A program made the position numbers and the translations under genes. The notes beneath the pieces were generated by a model. The model searched no databases. It was given only the letters and a program-made list of their open reading frames with translations, and was not told the DNA's origin. From Nostoc sp. (GTDB lineage Bacteria > Cyanobacteriota > Cyanobacteriia > Cyanobacteriales > Nostocaceae): 64,000 nt of DNA. Below, piece after piece: positions 62,419 through 64,000 of this stretch (positions are counted from its first letter, which is position 1; each line of letters starts with the position of its first letter). The DNA lies in NCBI GenBank assembly GCA_036918135.1, contig JBALDB010000032.1:96001-160000 (forward strand). Direction: 5' to 3'.

Positions 62419-63153
62419 TTATCCCCTTTTTAAAACTCCTATCTCTGTTTGTTTTGGCAAGACATCTAAAATATCAGTTTGGGAACAATATTTTAAATCT
62501 TCTTGACATTGAAGACGTAATAGGCGTTTGCCGTGACTAGCTTGGTGGAATAATTCCAATAAGCTATCTTGCCACTGAGAATAAAGAGCGATCGCACTAA
62601 TTACTTCATCATTACCAGCAACTTCCTCTAGTGACAACTCAGTTTGCTGTAAAAGACTATGGGCGATCGCACCCGCACAAACTGTATCCTCTAAAGAAAA
62701 ACTGCCTTCCCACCCCGAACCGACAATCCATATTGTCTCTGGTTGCTTTCTCTTAATAAATTCCACTACTGTTGCTCGATTAATTAAGGCTGCTGCAATT
62801 ACATTTGGGGAGTCTTGCACCCGTTGTAATGCACGAGTACCATTTGTAGTACTGATAAATAATCGACGCCCCTGCACCAATTCTGATGTGCAATCGAGGG
62901 GGGAGTTACCTAACTCAAAGCCCTCTACTTTAGCGCCGCCGCGTTCTCCAGCCCGCAGACGTTTTTCAGGAGGCCATTTTTCACTAACAGCGATTAGTTC
63001 ATCTAAATCGCTGAATACTTGTACAGCTTCGCCTCCAGCTGCCAAAACAGTCGCTATTGTGCTAGTGGCTCGCAAGACATCAACTGCGATCGCACATTCT
63101 GGCGCTTTATCCGTTGGAGTCAATTCCGGAGTGTGGTATACAAATAGCTTCAC
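62419..63153 (-). CDS. comB: 2-phosphosulfolactate phosphatase family protein
   Basis: [33 protein letters not shown]. Confidence 0.93.
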   Translation of the reverse strand: MKLFVYHTPELTPTDKAPECAIAVDVLRATSTIATVLAAGGEAVQVFSDLDELIAVSEKWPPEKRLRAGERGGAKVEGFELGNSPLDCTSELVQGRRLFISTTNGTRALQRVQDSPNVIAAALINRATVVEFIKRKQPETIWIVGSGWEGSFSLEDTVCAGAIAHSLLQQTELSLEEVAGNDEVISAIALYSQWQDSLLELFHQASHGKRLLRLQCQEDLKYCSQTDILDVLPKQTEIGVLKRG

Positions 63154-63578
63154 GCGCTGGATACACCTGTTTTTATACTACTGCGGCAAACAAATAATAT
63201 TCTACCTAGTTAGTGTCAATAACTATAGTCATAATTAGTCTTACAAAATTTTTTCGCATCAAAATACACAATGTATCTCATTAAATACATAAATAGCAGA
63301 TTAGAGGGATGATGGAAATAAGAGGGATGAGGGGGAAATGAGGAGTGGATTTTAACCAAATATTAACAGTCCTTAATCTTTAAATAAATGCTCAAAAAGC
63401 TCAATTTTCTATTTTTGAGACTTTCAGATTTGCTCCCCAATCTTGTAATCTAAAACAATAAGATTAATAGTAAGGTTAACAGTTATTGGGCATTGGGAGT
63501 GCTGTTAGGTTTCTTCTCTACGAGAAGTTACGCCAACGGGGCGTTGAGCCAGTGCCAAGTTAGGAGTTATTATTCTCC

Positions 63579-63658
63579 CTCATCTCCCGGTTGGTGAGCG
63601 TACCCCTGCTCTTAAGCAAGGTTGGGCGTAGCGTCTCGTAGAGAAGTCGAACCACATC
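63579..63658. repeat. Composite small dispersed repeat, inverted relative to 62216..62342
   Basis: 63599-63620 is the exact reverse complement of 62257-62278; outer arms are shared. Confidence 0.7.
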
Positions 63659-63701
63659 TCCTTCATCCCGCTAATCTCCCGACTCCCATTCAAAAATCAC
63701 T

Positions 63702-64000
63702 ATGGCACCTTTACCCGACTACCGTCCTAAACAACTGTCTGTAGGCCCTTTGGAAGCGGAAATACTAAATATCATCTGGGAACTTGGTTCAGTTACAGTC
63801 AAAGATGTCCACGATCGCATTCTCTCAGATCCCAACCGCGAATTAGCTTATACTTCTGTAACCACTGTCCTGCGACGCCTCACAGATAAAGGTTGGCTAG
63901 CCTGTGATAAAAAAGGACGGGCATTTTATTGGCGACCGTTGCTGAGTAAGCAACAGTCAGAGGTAATCAAAGCCCACGAGCAGTTACAGCGATTTTTGGC
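63702..64000 (+). CDS. BlaI/MecI/CopY family transcriptional repressor (3'-truncated by the window edge)
   Basis: Manual translation MAPLPDYRPKQLSVGPLEAEILNIIWELGSVTVKDVHDRI...LAYTSVTTVLRRLTDKGWL...GRAFYW; not in the ORF track. Confidence 0.9.
   Translation, partial: MAPLPDYRPKQLSVGPLEAEILNIIWELGSVTVKDVHDRILSDPNRELAYTSVTTVLRRLTDKGWLACDKKGRAFYWRPLLSKQQSEVIKAHEQLQRFL

Noticed and set aside
63273..63288. NtcA site upstream of comB
   Set aside because: Spacing is GTA-N10-TAC, not GTA-N8-TAC

Overview
64-kb chromosomal window from a filamentous cyanobacterium, probably Nostocales. The evidence is frequent HIP1 GCGATCGC octamers, STRR heptamer repeats, SDR/MITE-like small repeats, and psbZ/chlG/petP. 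Most of the window is housekeeping (pyrD, clpB, gloA, proA-like, tRNA-Gly, ribH, psbZ, tRNA nucleotidyltransferase, chlG, comB), plus a two-component cluster and a ~17-kb Wzm/Wzt surface-polysaccharide locus. The most striking accessory system is a three-gene operon at 14200-21893. It encodes a signal-peptide/vWA/Ig-like/TM/FHA-like receptor-type protein, a 918-aa FtsZ/tubulin-like GTPase with intact motifs, and a full-length paralog of that GTPase which has lost the GTP-binding loops and gained a transmembrane hairpin. A second notable module (27594-32567) pairs a stand-alone protein with a TPR-CHAT protein that starts with the same domain and lacks the catalytic His. Other observations are a sulfotransferase-like/coiled-coil/GT2 putative molecular-ruler protein, an unannotated rfbC remnant at a cassette junction, and nested small mobile repeats. 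All calls come from motif reading by eye; no database searches were run.
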